Virus record (IMG/VR): IMGVR_UViG_3300045988_131228
Coordinates: 96,001 to 160,000 of that record
Length of the DNA: 64,000 bases
DNA from: a virus
Direction: 5' to 3' (one strand)
Shown: positions 46,349 to 55,684 of the stretch, in pieces
Layout: every line of letters begins with the position of its first letter
Numbering within the stretch: the first letter of the stretch is position 1
The notes under the pieces: model-generated
Databases searched by the model: none
Told to the model about the DNA's origin: nothing
What the model saw: the letters and a program-made list of their open reading frames with translations, nothing else
Made by a program: the position numbers and the translations under genes

Positions 46349-46740
46349 TATTTATCCTCACTTTCCAATTCTTTAATGCTAAACCAATCAATATTAAAAT
46401 AACCTTGTACTCTATACATATAAACCACTACTGGATATTCATTCTCTTTTGGTTTATTTTGAATTTCGTATTTATCAATCAATGGATTATTAATCTCATG
46501 TTCATCCGAGTACTTATCATTAGGATCTTCTAATACATATGGAACTTCAAACGTGTCCATCCAAGAACTCACACTATCAAATAATGAGTCTTCTGTTTGG
46601 AATTGCTCACCGCCAAATATGGCATCTTCACCTTTCCATTGATACATTTCTTTTGCAAAGTTAAGATAATCTTCATAGTTAGTGCATAAACTCCACCATG
46701 TATTAGTGAATCTTTTAGATTTGTGTACTATTACTATCAC
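46348..46740 (-). CDS. hypothetical protein
   Basis: 130-aa ORF. Confidence 0.55.
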   Translation of the reverse strand: MIVIVHKSKRFTNTWWSLCTNYEDYLNFAKEMYQWKGEDAIFGGEQFQTEDSLFDSVSSWMDTFEVPYVLEDPNDKYSDEHEINNPLIDKYEIQNKPKENEYPVVVYMYRVQGYFNIDWFSIKELESEDK

Positions 46741-46791
46741 CTCTATTTAGTTGTATTTTATGGAATCTTGAGCAGAAATGCTCTTAGAAAA

Positions 46792-47334
46792 TTACATATT
46801 ATCTAAAGCTTCAACAAATTCGCTACCACAATCACAAAATGTATAAATCATAGATTTCATAAGTCCCCAAGACATTCCTGAGTGACCTTGATTCTTCATT
46901 ACTTCAATACCTGCGACAATAGAATTATCCTTAACAGTTTTAATAATATCTAAACATTGACCTAACTCCATTCCTTCGTACAGATCACCTAATCTAATAG
47001 GTACGCATCTATCCCATTCGTCCCATTTGTCTTGTGATAAAACTTTATGTCCTTCTTTAATCCAATATTTTGTTAGTTCTGGAATTTTCTTTTTATGTTC
47101 TTCTTCTCTTCTGATTAAATCTTGTCTCATTTTTTCTTGTTCATCTTTAAATTCTTTAAATGTTTTACCAATACATTCAACATACGCTTCATCTACTGTC
47201 ATATCAGATGTTAATTTGTGACCATTAAATTCTCCAAAATATTTTTTACCAGTAGATTCTGCCTTACTATGCAGTAATTTAACTGAATCTTTAATGGATA
47301 ATCCACAATCAAAGTCAATTTTAATATAATCCAT
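46792..47334 (-). CDS. hypothetical protein
   Basis: AGAGAGGA-preceded ATG 47334 (track start 47376). Confidence 0.55.
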   Translation of the reverse strand: MDYIKIDFDCGLSIKDSVKLLHSKAESTGKKYFGEFNGHKLTSDMTVDEAYVECIGKTFKEFKDEQEKMRQDLIRREEEHKKKIPELTKYWIKEGHKVLSQDKWDEWDRCVPIRLGDLYEGMELGQCLDIIKTVKDNSIVAGIEVMKNQGHSGMSWGLMKSMIYTFCDCGSEFVEALDNM

Positions 47335-47372
47335 ATATTCATTCCTCTCTTTCCACAGATGAAAGTTTACTT

Positions 47373-47639
47373 TCATCTGTTAATTTTTGGTTGCCCTGTA
47401 ATTTCTCTCAAACAATCATTCCAACCTTTAACATTTCCATTAAATATTTCTCCACAATTTTTCTTACTAGGTAATTCTTTCAATGGACACCACTCTGGAC
47501 GACTATTATTTTCTTCTACATTGCTACATATTTCTCTTTTATTGTAATAACAAGATATTGAACCATCCATATCCAAAACACACAAATTACAGTCAAGACA
47601 TTTTTCTGGTGTATCTATTACCAATACCGATTTTCGCAT
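47373..47639 (-). CDS. hypothetical Cys-rich protein
   Basis: 88 aa with CLDCNLC...C...C...CPL. Confidence 0.55.
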   Translation of the reverse strand: MRKSVLVIDTPEKCLDCNLCVLDMDGSISCYYNKREICSNVEENNSRPEWCPLKELPSKKNCGEIFNGNVKGWNDCLREITGQPKINR

Positions 47640-47833
47640 TTAAGCACCTCTTCTTTTAGTTCCTGCACTACAATATTTGTATCAATCATGTTGCATGTGT
47701 TATTGATTTCAAGTCTTTCTCTAATTCGTTCCACAAACTTATCAATAATTCCATTTTTGATTTTTTCATCATGATTTCGCATCCATCCACTACCTTGTAA
47801 GAAAGAAACGCAGATTTCATTATTCAGTTTCAT
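47618..47833 (-). CDS. hypothetical protein
   Basis: GGTGA-N5-ATG 47833 (track start 47878). Confidence 0.5.
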   Translation of the reverse strand: MKLNNEICVSFLQGSGWMRNHDEKIKNGIIDKFVERIRERLEINNTCNMIDTNIVVQELKEEVLKCENRYW

Positions 47834-47846
47834 TCGCTTCACCTTT

Positions 47847-48122
47847 CTACACATACCACGCCCAAATCGGATTAACATTCATTTTTGGTGCGTTGCATTT
47901 TTTCCTAATTCTTTTATGCTTTTTAGCATTTTTCTCGATATAGCCGCCTCGTATTTTAATTCCTCTTTTTATATCCCTGTAGGCTTCCATTATTGGACTG
48001 TATGCCTGTTCAACAAGATATCCGCATCTTTCACACGATCCGTGGCGTTCAACTATTCCAAAATAGTACTCTGAGAAACTAATATATTCATAATCATTTG
48101 ATCCGCAAATAGGACAGTTCAT
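47847..48122 (-). CDS. hypothetical zinc-ribbon protein
   Basis: CPICGS ... CERCG. Confidence 0.55.
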   Translation of the reverse strand: MNCPICGSNDYEYISFSEYYFGIVERHGSCERCGYLVEQAYSPIMEAYRDIKRGIKIRGGYIEKNAKKHKRIRKKCNAPKMNVNPIWAWYV

Positions 48123-48376
48123 TCAGCTCCACCACCTTTTACAATATCAATGGCTCTATCAATTGTATTTGCAATATTTTTGTAAGCACAGTCTTTATCG
48201 GCATCACCCGTATTTGCGATTGTTAAAAAGTATCTCATTTTTAATTCTTTTAACTGCTCTACAACCTTGTCTACATCAAAAGCTGTCGACTGTTCATCAA
48301 TTACTGCACCTATTGCAAGATCTATATCTGAAATACCAAGTGAATCAATTGTTTTATCAGCATCTATTAATCTCAT
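48119..48376 (-). CDS. hypothetical protein
   Basis: 85-aa ORF. Confidence 0.55.
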   Translation of the reverse strand: MRLIDADKTIDSLGISDIDLAIGAVIDEQSTAFDVDKVVEQLKELKMRYFLTIANTGDADKDCAYKNIANTIDRAIDIVKGGGAE

Positions 48377-48456
48377 TTTTTATTTCTCCCAATCAATATA
48401 CATCCACTAAGTAACATCATAAACAACAATTCTACAATTACTGTAAATCCATCCAT

Positions 48457-48636
48457 TTATTCTTCTCCATACATACAAATTTCACACATATATTTACATT
48501 TCCCACAATGAGAATCATACCATTTGTTAAATTCATCTGTTTTTATTTCATGTGTAATATTTGTTTTTAGCCAATATTCATCATACTTGAATCCGCATAT
48601 ATCATGCATGTCCATATTATATAAATTCTTATTCAT
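48457..48636 (-). CDS. hypothetical 59-aa Cys-rich protein
   Basis: Hand-translated MNKNLYNMDM...HCGKCKYMCEICMYGEE. Below the track cutoff. Confidence 0.4.
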   Translation of the reverse strand: MNKNLYNMDMHDICGFKYDEYWLKTNITHEIKTDEFNKWYDSHCGKCKYMCEICMYGEE

Positions 48637-48653
48637 ATTTTTACCTTATCTAA

Positions 48654-48872
48654 TTACCTTGTTTCTTCTAAACCTAATTCTCTTTGCTTCTCTGCAATTC
48701 TTAATGGAATATATAATTTATGATACTCTTTCCTACATACATCACAATCACCATATCCATGTCCCCAACACCAATCACAGAACTTATCAAATTGCTTCTT
48801 TAATGCATCAGAAGAATCTGTATTTGCAAATCCTTCCCAGATGATTTCTGTTACAAAACTTATGTCACTCAC
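48654..48872 (-). CDS. hypothetical Cys-rich protein
   Basis: 72 aa with CDWCWGHGYGDCDVC. Confidence 0.5.
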   Translation of the reverse strand: MSDISFVTEIIWEGFANTDSSDALKKQFDKFCDWCWGHGYGDCDVCRKEYHKLYIPLRIAEKQRELGLEETR

Positions 48873-48899
48873 CCTTTCTTCACAAATGAAAGACGCATT

Positions 48900-49082
48900 T
48901 TATCCACGAAATATACCTATTCCATCGACACATTTACTACAATGATTGTTTGTACATGGTCTTAATCCTGCTTGATACAATAAACATTCGGAACATGCAG
49001 AAGGTACAAAGCCAATTCTTTCAGCTTTTGATCTCACTTCTTTCATTGTATTTCTATTTCTTGCCTTGACTGTTTCACTCAT
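48900..49082 (-). CDS. hypothetical Cys-rich 60-aa protein directly downstream of the radical-SAM gene
   Basis: Basic N-terminal half. C-terminal CSEC..C....CSKC. Confidence 0.5.
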   Translation of the reverse strand: MSETVKARNRNTMKEVRSKAERIGFVPSACSECLLYQAGLRPCTNNHCSKCVDGIGIFRG

Positions 49083-49092
49083 ATTGTTCTTT

Positions 49093-50046
49093 TCAACTCT
49101 TAATCACTTTCATATTTTTATTCCAACTACCTGAAATCGTACCGTCTGGATGAATAATAAATTCTCTACAAACATGATCATCTTCTATTTTCTCAACTTC
49201 ACTTAACATTTTCATATTTGAATAACTAAAAGTAATTAATGTATCTTTGTATTTCCATATTTCATATACATAGTAATCTTGAATTGTTTGTTCTACTAAC
49301 TCAAAATGATTATATGCATATTCAAGAATCTCATTGTATAACTTCTCTTTATCGTCATATTTAATACCACTATGATCGCTCAACTTCATAAGTTTTCTAA
49401 AAGATAAATCATCTGCAAACGAATATGCATCTATCATTTCTAATACATCTTCAATTGTATTTGCATCACATAATACACATTGCAATCTCATTTTTGTTTC
49501 AACTAATTTGCCTTTAATACATTTTAAATCAAATAAGGAAGGCATATATGTATTAAAAATTTCATTATTTCTCTTATCAGAAATTGCATGACGACTAATA
49601 TCTACAAAATCAAACAATCCATCAATTTTATCAAGATTATCTTCTAAATATTTACCATTTGTATTCATTGTAAGAAATTTAATATTATGATTTCTTAATA
49701 CATCACATAATTTATCAAATTCCTTAAACAACAATGGCTCGCCACCTGTAACGGAAACTGAATATAAAATGCCAGCATTTTCCATCTCAGTTAACATTTC
49801 ATCAACTTGTTTTACGAAATACTCTGCATTTTCGCAACGTTCAGCATTCTGCTCTACGCAGAAAAAACATTTTGCATTACACACATCAGTTAATTTTAGA
49901 TGTAAATGCCATAGCCACTCGTTTCTTTCTACTAAAACTTTATTACCGAATAAATTTACTTCTATTTTATCATCATAGGTTATTGGCAACTTTTCAACAT
50001 TACACTTATGAATATAATCTTTTATATCTTTAATTTGCACAAACAT
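49093..50046 (-). CDS. Radical SAM enzyme, unassigned subfamily
   Basis: CNAKCFFC (CxxxCxxC) about 55 aa from the N-terminus, followed by the SVTGGEPLL SAM-binding motif. No SPASM-type C-terminal Cys cluster visible. Confidence 0.75.
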   Translation of the reverse strand: MFVQIKDIKDYIHKCNVEKLPITYDDKIEVNLFGNKVLVERNEWLWHLHLKLTDVCNAKCFFCVEQNAERCENAEYFVKQVDEMLTEMENAGILYSVSVTGGEPLLFKEFDKLCDVLRNHNIKFLTMNTNGKYLEDNLDKIDGLFDFVDISRHAISDKRNNEIFNTYMPSLFDLKCIKGKLVETKMRLQCVLCDANTIEDVLEMIDAYSFADDLSFRKLMKLSDHSGIKYDDKEKLYNEILEYAYNHFELVEQTIQDYYVYEIWKYKDTLITFSYSNMKMLSEVEKIEDDHVCREFIIHPDGTISGSWNKNMKVIKS

Positions 50047-50081
50047 AAATATCTCTCCAATTCTTTCAATAAAAACACATT

Positions 50082-50594
50082 TTATTTATTAATAAGTAAT
50101 TCTTTTGGACAATAAATAATTCTCTTTCCTGCTTTTTGAGCTTTACGAATGGTAGACCAAACACCGCCAGACTTATTACCATCCCAAATTGCTAGTAAGA
50201 CATCACACTTATCAACTATGTATTGATCTCTTACGTTATCACAGCCTTTATAAAATTTATCTGATAATTCAACCCATTCAGTTGCTTTTAGCTTTAAAAA
50301 TTTATAATATTTATGTGATGAGTTATAATCTTTACAAGGAAGAATACAGTGTAATTTAATGCTATTTATGTAATGCATTGACACTCCTGCAATCGCAAAT
50401 GCAATATCACTCCCAGAAGCCATTCCTGTATATAAATCAAGTGGTTCATTATTATCTGCACAAGTCTTTATAAATTTACTCAATTCATCTATAATCCAAA
50501 ACTGAATTGGAGTCCATTTTTCATCTGTTTCATCTTCTGGTAAACCTAATCTTTGATTTCTGTGTCCTGTTATTCCAACTTTCATTTTACGCAC
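50082..50594 (-). CDS. SLOG-fold protein, YpsA/YoqJ (DUF1273)-like
   Basis: MKVGITGHR.., GMASGSDIAFA, and VLLAIWDGNKSGGVWSTI layout as in the DUF1273 family. Confidence 0.55.
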   Translation of the reverse strand: MRKMKVGITGHRNQRLGLPEDETDEKWTPIQFWIIDELSKFIKTCADNNEPLDLYTGMASGSDIAFAIAGVSMHYINSIKLHCILPCKDYNSSHKYYKFLKLKATEWVELSDKFYKGCDNVRDQYIVDKCDVLLAIWDGNKSGGVWSTIRKAQKAGKRIIYCPKELLINK

Positions 50595-50630
50595 CTCTCA
50601 TTTTTTGTCCTTGAAACTGCCGTTTTAACT

Positions 50631-50903
50631 TTAATGTCCAATCATTTCTTTAGTAATTTCTTTATATTTTGCTTTATAACCATACTCCCATTTTGAATTT
50701 AAAATTGTAAGAACAGAATTTTCTACATTATTAGAAAATCCAATTAAACAGTTTGCGTATCCATACTCCCTATCTTTATCGAAATCATAAGGATTTGAAA
50801 TTTTTACCGTTCTAATTTCTTTCAACTTTTTAATACACGCATTATGACTATATGGTGATGATGGTATGTCAACCAAATAATACTTTCTATTTCTTCGATC
50901 CAT
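50631..50903 (-). CDS. hypothetical protein
   Basis: 90-aa ORF. Confidence 0.55.
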   Translation of the reverse strand: MDRRNRKYYLVDIPSSPYSHNACIKKLKEIRTVKISNPYDFDKDREYGYANCLIGFSNNVENSVLTILNSKWEYGYKAKYKEITKEMIGH

Positions 50904-51285
50904 CGTTTTTCATTTCCTCCAACTTCTTCTCAGCTTCTTCTTTTGTAGCAAATACAAACGTTCCCCAAGGTTTACACATGTCAACAGTAAAACGATCCGC
51001 AAGAATAGTTGCATTCTTACCTGTCATACTTGTATAGATACAATATACAATCGTACCGATAGGTACTGGTAATCTCAACAGTAATTCATGTTCTTCTGCT
51101 TCTTTATAAAATTTTAATTCTTCCAACCACTTTACAAGTTGCATATGTTCTTCCGCACATTTTATACAATTAGTCTTTATATCATTGTCTACAGAATCAA
51201 TTGATTCAAAATCTGCACCTTTATAATTCTTTTCTGCTACTTCTTTTGCATGATCAATAGCTTCTTCAAGTGTTAATTCTCCCAT
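50887..51285 (-). CDS. hypothetical protein
   Basis: 132-aa ORF. Confidence 0.55.
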   Translation of the reverse strand: MGELTLEEAIDHAKEVAEKNYKGADFESIDSVDNDIKTNCIKCAEEHMQLVKWLEELKFYKEAEEHELLLRLPVPIGTIVYCIYTSMTGKNATILADRFTVDMCKPWGTFVFATKEEAEKKLEEMKNDGSKK

Positions 51286-51837
51286 TTACTTCACCTTTTT
51301 CAGTTTCTCCACCGCCAACTTTAAAGACTCAACAAACTCATCATTTAATGTTGCGTGATCTGGATTATGGATAAACTCTTCAAGTGTGTCAATTGCTTTT
51401 TCTTCTGTAAGCACTGTAAAATTTCCTGATTTTGCAATTTCAAGTATTTTGTCTATATTTTCTTTCCAAGCGGATATATAGCAAAGACTGCTACTGCATT
51501 TAGTATTCCTCATATACAATACACATTCTTGACACTTACGTGCATTGCATGAACTATCTAATTTTGAATACCACTCAATAAACTTTCTTGCTGTCATTTC
51601 TTTTGTTCCGAGAAGTTCTGATGCTTCGTAGAAAGTATAGCCCAAAGAAATTCTACTTCTTCTATAAACAATATTATCTGATGAGAATTTTAAAATATCT
51701 GGAAATGTGTATTGTTCAAATGGTTCACAATCATCTTTTTTATACCAGTGAAATCCCTGCTTTTCAGCTTCATTTAAAATATATTCATATTCTCTTCGTG
51801 TTTTGACCAAAACACATGTGTTCATTAAATTAACCAT
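51286..51837 (-). CDS. hypothetical protein
   Basis: 183-aa ORF, AGGAGGT-N8-ATG. Confidence 0.6.
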   Translation of the reverse strand: MVNLMNTCVLVKTRREYEYILNEAEKQGFHWYKKDDCEPFEQYTFPDILKFSSDNIVYRRSRISLGYTFYEASELLGTKEMTARKFIEWYSKLDSSCNARKCQECVLYMRNTKCSSSLCYISAWKENIDKILEIAKSGNFTVLTEEKAIDTLEEFIHNPDHATLNDEFVESLKLAVEKLKKVK

Positions 51838-51849
51838 CTACTCTACCTC

Positions 51850-52071
51850 CTAAAAAGACATATCTTCTAAATGCTCATAAATTTTATGCGGAATAAAACA
51901 AATTGCCATAAATACAAATCTTAATATTACTATTGGAATCTCTGCAAACAGACACAATATGAACCAAATACATACCAGTTTACTTCTTCTCCACCACTCC
52001 AAAGGTTTTCTTGAAATTTTTCCGTCCGTATTTCGTAATGCTTCAAAAGCAATTTTGCTTATTGCAATCAT
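51850..52071 (-). CDS. small membrane protein
   Basis: 73 aa with a central hydrophobic hairpin. Confidence 0.5.
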   Translation of the reverse strand: MIAISKIAFEALRNTDGKISRKPLEWWRRSKLVCIWFILCLFAEIPIVILRFVFMAICFIPHKIYEHLEDMSF

Positions 52072-52413
52072 CTACTCTACCTCTTCAAATTCTATCTTCT
52101 TACCAATGTATTTCTTCTTAATAACCTCATTTACATTGTTTGGATATGTTTTAATCACATAATCAATATCTATAACTACATCAATAATATAATCATCATT
52201 ATCCGTTACAATATCTCCTAATGTCCCACCAGGAACTCTAATAGCGTAACAATGTTCTTTCTTGTCAGAATCGGTTGCATATATATAATGCCTATATTTA
52301 CATCCTTCATATGATTCTCGTTTATTTAGTCCAGATAAAATATCCAATTCCTTTGTTAGCTCACAATAATATTCATCTCTACAGCATCCTTCGTATTTTC
52401 TTTTTAAAATCAT
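52072..52413 (-). CDS. hypothetical protein
   Basis: 113-aa ORF. Confidence 0.55.
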   Translation of the reverse strand: MILKRKYEGCCRDEYYCELTKELDILSGLNKRESYEGCKYRHYIYATDSDKKEHCYAIRVPGGTLGDIVTDNDDYIIDVVIDIDYVIKTYPNNVNEVIKKKYIGKKIEFEEVE

Positions 52414-52416
52414 ATT

Positions 52417-52716
52417 TTATCCCTCTTTAAACTTTTCTATTTTATCTTCTATTTCTGCAATTTCATCTTCCCAAAATTCAATTAATTTCTCTTCAATCTG
52501 TATTTTTGCATCTTCGATACTTTCAGCCATTAAATCATCATCTTCTACATTCATTTCTCTTGACACATAATTATAACATTCTGGAATTTTATTATCTTGT
52601 GCTACAATGGCAAGAATATTATCATCGTTTTCATCTTCATCAAATGGTATAAAATACAATGCATAGCATAATTTCCCATATTTATTGTTATCAATATTCT
52701 TCCAATATTTACTCAT
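52417..52716 (-). CDS. hypothetical acidic protein
   Basis: 99-aa ORF. Confidence 0.55.
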   Translation of the reverse strand: MSKYWKNIDNNKYGKLCYALYFIPFDEDENDDNILAIVAQDNKIPECYNYVSREMNVEDDDLMAESIEDAKIQIEEKLIEFWEDEIAEIEDKIEKFKEG

Positions 52717-52815
52717 ATCTTCTCCTTTTATGTATACGCTATATAGTACATTCCATCAATCAATATGCTATATATGGTGTTGTTATTGTCATGAAACCAG
52801 CGTTTAATTTTTTAA

Positions 52816-53409
52816 CTATTCATATTTTTCTTTTACACTATCGGCTTCTTTAATAGTAAGATTTCTTACTGCATTAAACTGATCTTTATATGATAAATCA
52901 TCAAATTCATATACTGTCATATTTTTTAATTCTTCTAAAGAATATAATTTACTTTCAATTATATTTTCATCACTGATAATACACGCAAGACTAATCTCAT
53001 TTTCATCTTTGTAAAATTCATGATTCTCAAACCATGTCGCATTATTATTCACACTATCATATAATCTTTGTCTGAACTCAGAAATTTGACACATATATTC
53101 TGCTAAAATGCTATATGATTTTGCTGATCCAATTGATGTGTCACCGTAACTCTCTTTAAAAATCGCATCGTCTTTTAAAATATCTGAAACATAAATATAT
53201 CTCCCATTACTTCTCTTTAATACTTCTTCTGTTTCTTTATCTGAAATATATCCTTTACCAAGCATCCAGAACAATAATGGTGTCCCATTTACAATACGTT
53301 CATTGTAATCAATGTAATCTTCTCCAGCTTCTTCCATAAATCTATGGAATACACAATAACATAAGAATGGATCTTTTAGTTCGTCTGGTGATTTAATAAT
53401 ATAACTCAT
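52816..53409 (-). CDS. hypothetical protein
   Basis: 197-aa ORF, AAAGGAGG-N8-ATG. Confidence 0.6.
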   Translation of the reverse strand: MSYIIKSPDELKDPFLCYCVFHRFMEEAGEDYIDYNERIVNGTPLLFWMLGKGYISDKETEEVLKRSNGRYIYVSDILKDDAIFKESYGDTSIGSAKSYSILAEYMCQISEFRQRLYDSVNNNATWFENHEFYKDENEISLACIISDENIIESKLYSLEELKNMTVYEFDDLSYKDQFNAVRNLTIKEADSVKEKYE

Positions 53410-53453
53410 AAATTATTCCTCCTTTGAAACTCGTGTTTCATCTAATACCTCTA

Positions 53454-53529
53454 TACAATATGCACAAAAATTCGTTTGAAATGCAACGAGAAATCAATAT
53501 ATTCCAATTCTTGTTTTGTGCATATTGTA
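53454..53529. repeat. Perfect 16-bp inverted repeat (TACAATATGCACAAAA / TTTTGTGCATATTGTA) with 44-nt spacer
   Basis: Arms at 53454-53469 and 53514-53529, read directly. The spacer holds a further 5-bp hairpin (TCGTT..AACGA). Confidence 0.6.
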
Positions 53530-53553
53530 CACTTTATATCTAATATTGTTTTA

Positions 53554-53693
53554 TCAATCTTTTAATAGCTGCGTTTCCCACTTTTCAGATAATTCTTCCA
53601 ATGATTCAATTGAATTTAGTTTATCTTATCAATATTAAATCCACTACTTTCCAGAACATAATCCTTTTGTTTTAGAAAATCTTCGTAATTCAT
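53554..53693 (-). CDS. small hypothetical protein split by a frame break at the 3-nt homopolymer 53620-53622
   Basis: MNYEDFLKQKDYVLESSGFNIDKI | KLNSIESLEELSEKWETQLLKD lie in two frames that join if one base is added. Confidence 0.3.
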
Positions 53694-53708
53694 TCAATCT
53701 CCTTTTCA

Positions 53709-54080
53709 TTATTTATTATATTTTTCTATAAAATCTAATTCTCCATTAGACTTTAATTTTTCATATTCTTTCATCCACTGACGAGCAGTATATCTATTGT
53801 TATTTATATTCTTCCATAAGTTTTCATCAAACGGTTTATCACATTCACAAATAAGTACGTGTTGACAAAACAGAAATATCTGACGGGAATATTCGGCAGA
53901 ATAGCCACGAAGTTTAGAATTTGAAATGTATGCTGAGTCATATAGATAACTGTCGGCTAAAATAGAATCATACATTTCAGTCTTTACATTCCAATAACAA
54001 CAAACTTTATAATACAAATCATTCATTTTATATGGTGGATGTAAGTATATCTGACTTCTCCATTCATAATGATCTAACAT
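53709..54080 (-). CDS. hypothetical protein
   Basis: 123-aa ORF. Confidence 0.55.
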   Translation of the reverse strand: MLDHYEWRSQIYLHPPYKMNDLYYKVCCYWNVKTEMYDSILADSYLYDSAYISNSKLRGYSAEYSRQIFLFCQHVLICECDKPFDENLWKNINNNRYTARQWMKEYEKLKSNGELDFIEKYNK

Positions 54081-54310
54081 ATATCACCGTGTCCTCTTAC
54101 AGACTCAATTTTTAAAATTACAGGTCTATATTTATTTTTGCCTTTTCTTTTGTCTGTAATTTCTTGTAATTTATCAAACAAAATTGGAAGTCCATATTCT
54201 GTATACCAAACATCACTATATTGTTTTACCTTTCCTACATAGCCATCTTTATCGACCGCTAAAGTGTAATAATCTACTTTCCACATATGATTTCTCCTAC
54301 CAAAGATCAT
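54074..54310 (-). CDS. hypothetical protein
   Basis: 78-aa ORF. Confidence 0.5.
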   Translation of the reverse strand: MIFGRRNHMWKVDYYTLAVDKDGYVGKVKQYSDVWYTEYGLPILFDKLQEITDKRKGKNKYRPVILKIESVRGHGDIC

Positions 54311-54521
54311 CCTTATCGTTTGCGTTCATCATCTGATCCAGTCTTTTCCCTATATTCTTAGATGCTATATCACGTATGAATAAATCAATTCTATTACAAC
54401 AATCATCACATAAATGTAATTGTACTGATTTGAATTTGCCATTTGAATGCATCATTGGAATATAATATCTTTCTAAATACTTCGATTCTTTTCCACATAA
54501 ATCACAGATATATTTAATCAT
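54297..54521 (-). CDS. hypothetical zinc-ribbon protein
   Basis: CDLCGK ... CDDCC. Confidence 0.5.
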   Translation of the reverse strand: MIKYICDLCGKESKYLERYYIPMMHSNGKFKSVQLHLCDDCCNRIDLFIRDIASKNIGKRLDQMMNANDKDDLW

Positions 54522-54544
54522 ATATTATTTCTCCTTAAAATATT

Positions 54545-54979
54545 TTAAATATAATCTTGTATTGTTCTTCTCAGTTCAGAAATTTTATATTCAAATATTC
54601 TAATTTGCTTCTGAATCTTATCTATTCTATCGTTTTCATATTTTACTTTATCTTCCATAATACCTTTCGCAAATCCTCGTTTAGTCAATTTATAAGCGAA
54701 AAAATCTTTATCAATTTGATTATAAACAATAGTTTTGTTGCTCTTACTTTTAATGTAATCTCTTGATACATATTCAGTTCCATAGCAAGCATTTTTATAC
54801 TCTAAATCATATTTTCCATTTTGATTTAGAGTTCTCTCGTACAATTCTTGTCGATCAGGTTCTCCACTTTCGCCAGTTCCATGCAATAAATAATGTTTTC
54901 CATCATAATCAAAAAGAATAGACCAATCTCTCACTTTCGTTATCTTTAATAACGAAACATCTTGAATATTAATCATCAA
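54545..54979 (-). CDS. hypothetical protein
   Basis: 144-aa ORF. Confidence 0.55.
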   Translation of the reverse strand: MMINIQDVSLLKITKVRDWSILFDYDGKHYLLHGTGESGEPDRQELYERTLNQNGKYDLEYKNACYGTEYVSRDYIKSKSNKTIVYNQIDKDFFAYKLTKRGFAKGIMEDKVKYENDRIDKIQKQIRIFEYKISELRRTIQDYI

Positions 54980-55009
54980 ATCACCTTCTAAAATGAAATA
55001 AATTTTTCA

Positions 55010-55162
55010 TCATGTAAAAAACATTACAAAAATAGTTACTATTAAAGAAATACTCATTATACTAATAACATCTATATTTCTTTTACATATCATTCCAGTT
55101 ATAGAACTTGCTGTACATACAATCCACATAACAATTAACAAAATTGTTGTACCTGTAATCAT
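55010..55162 (-). CDS. small two-TM membrane protein (50 aa)
   Basis: Hand translation MITGTTILLIVMWIVC...LIVTIFVMFFT. Its ATG overlaps the upstream TGA (ATGA). Confidence 0.4.
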   Translation of the reverse strand: MITGTTILLIVMWIVCTASSITGMICKRNIDVISIMSISLIVTIFVMFFT

Positions 55163-55512
55163 TCCTTCTCCTTCACAATCTTTACAGAATAACCAAGAGC
55201 TTTTTCAATATCTTCTAATGTCATTTCTTTTGGCTTTTGTTCATGCTCTATAATATTATTTAATAGCCATAAATCATTTTTGAATAATCCCGAAATCGTA
55301 CATTCACCAGTTAAGCCATCTTGTTCAATATTTACTTTATCTATTGCATCATCCATATCACCAATTACAATGTTTGTAGCATAAATATATGAATCTCCAA
55401 CATCTAATTTGATATCTAATAGAAACAGTTTATCTGATTTTTTAAGTTTCATATCTACGATTTTAACTAATCTCATTCCAAATTCCTCTTTTAAAATTTT
55501 TGTGTTTGTCAT
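55159..55512 (-). CDS. hypothetical protein
   Basis: 117-aa ORF. Confidence 0.55.
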   Translation of the reverse strand: MTNTKILKEEFGMRLVKIVDMKLKKSDKLFLLDIKLDVGDSYIYATNIVIGDMDDAIDKVNIEQDGLTGECTISGLFKNDLWLLNNIIEHEQKPKEMTLEDIEKALGYSVKIVKEKE

Positions 55513-55521
55513 AATGTCTCC

Positions 55522-55674
55522 TTATATAAAAGCATCTGTAATAACATCTGGAAGATTTTTTAAAAGTTTATCAACTCTATTTTCATTCTTCTTTCTTACA
55601 CGTTTTCTCTTATGATACATTGATAAACTACTACATTTAACAAATTGCTTACTCAATTTCGGTTCTTTACTCAT
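55522..55674 (-). CDS. hypothetical basic 50-aa protein
   Basis: Hand translation MSKEPKLSKQ...VITDAFI. Confidence 0.35.
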   Translation of the reverse strand: MSKEPKLSKQFVKCSSLSMYHKRKRVRKKNENRVDKLLKNLPDVITDAFI

Positions 55675-55684
55675 ATATTTCCTT

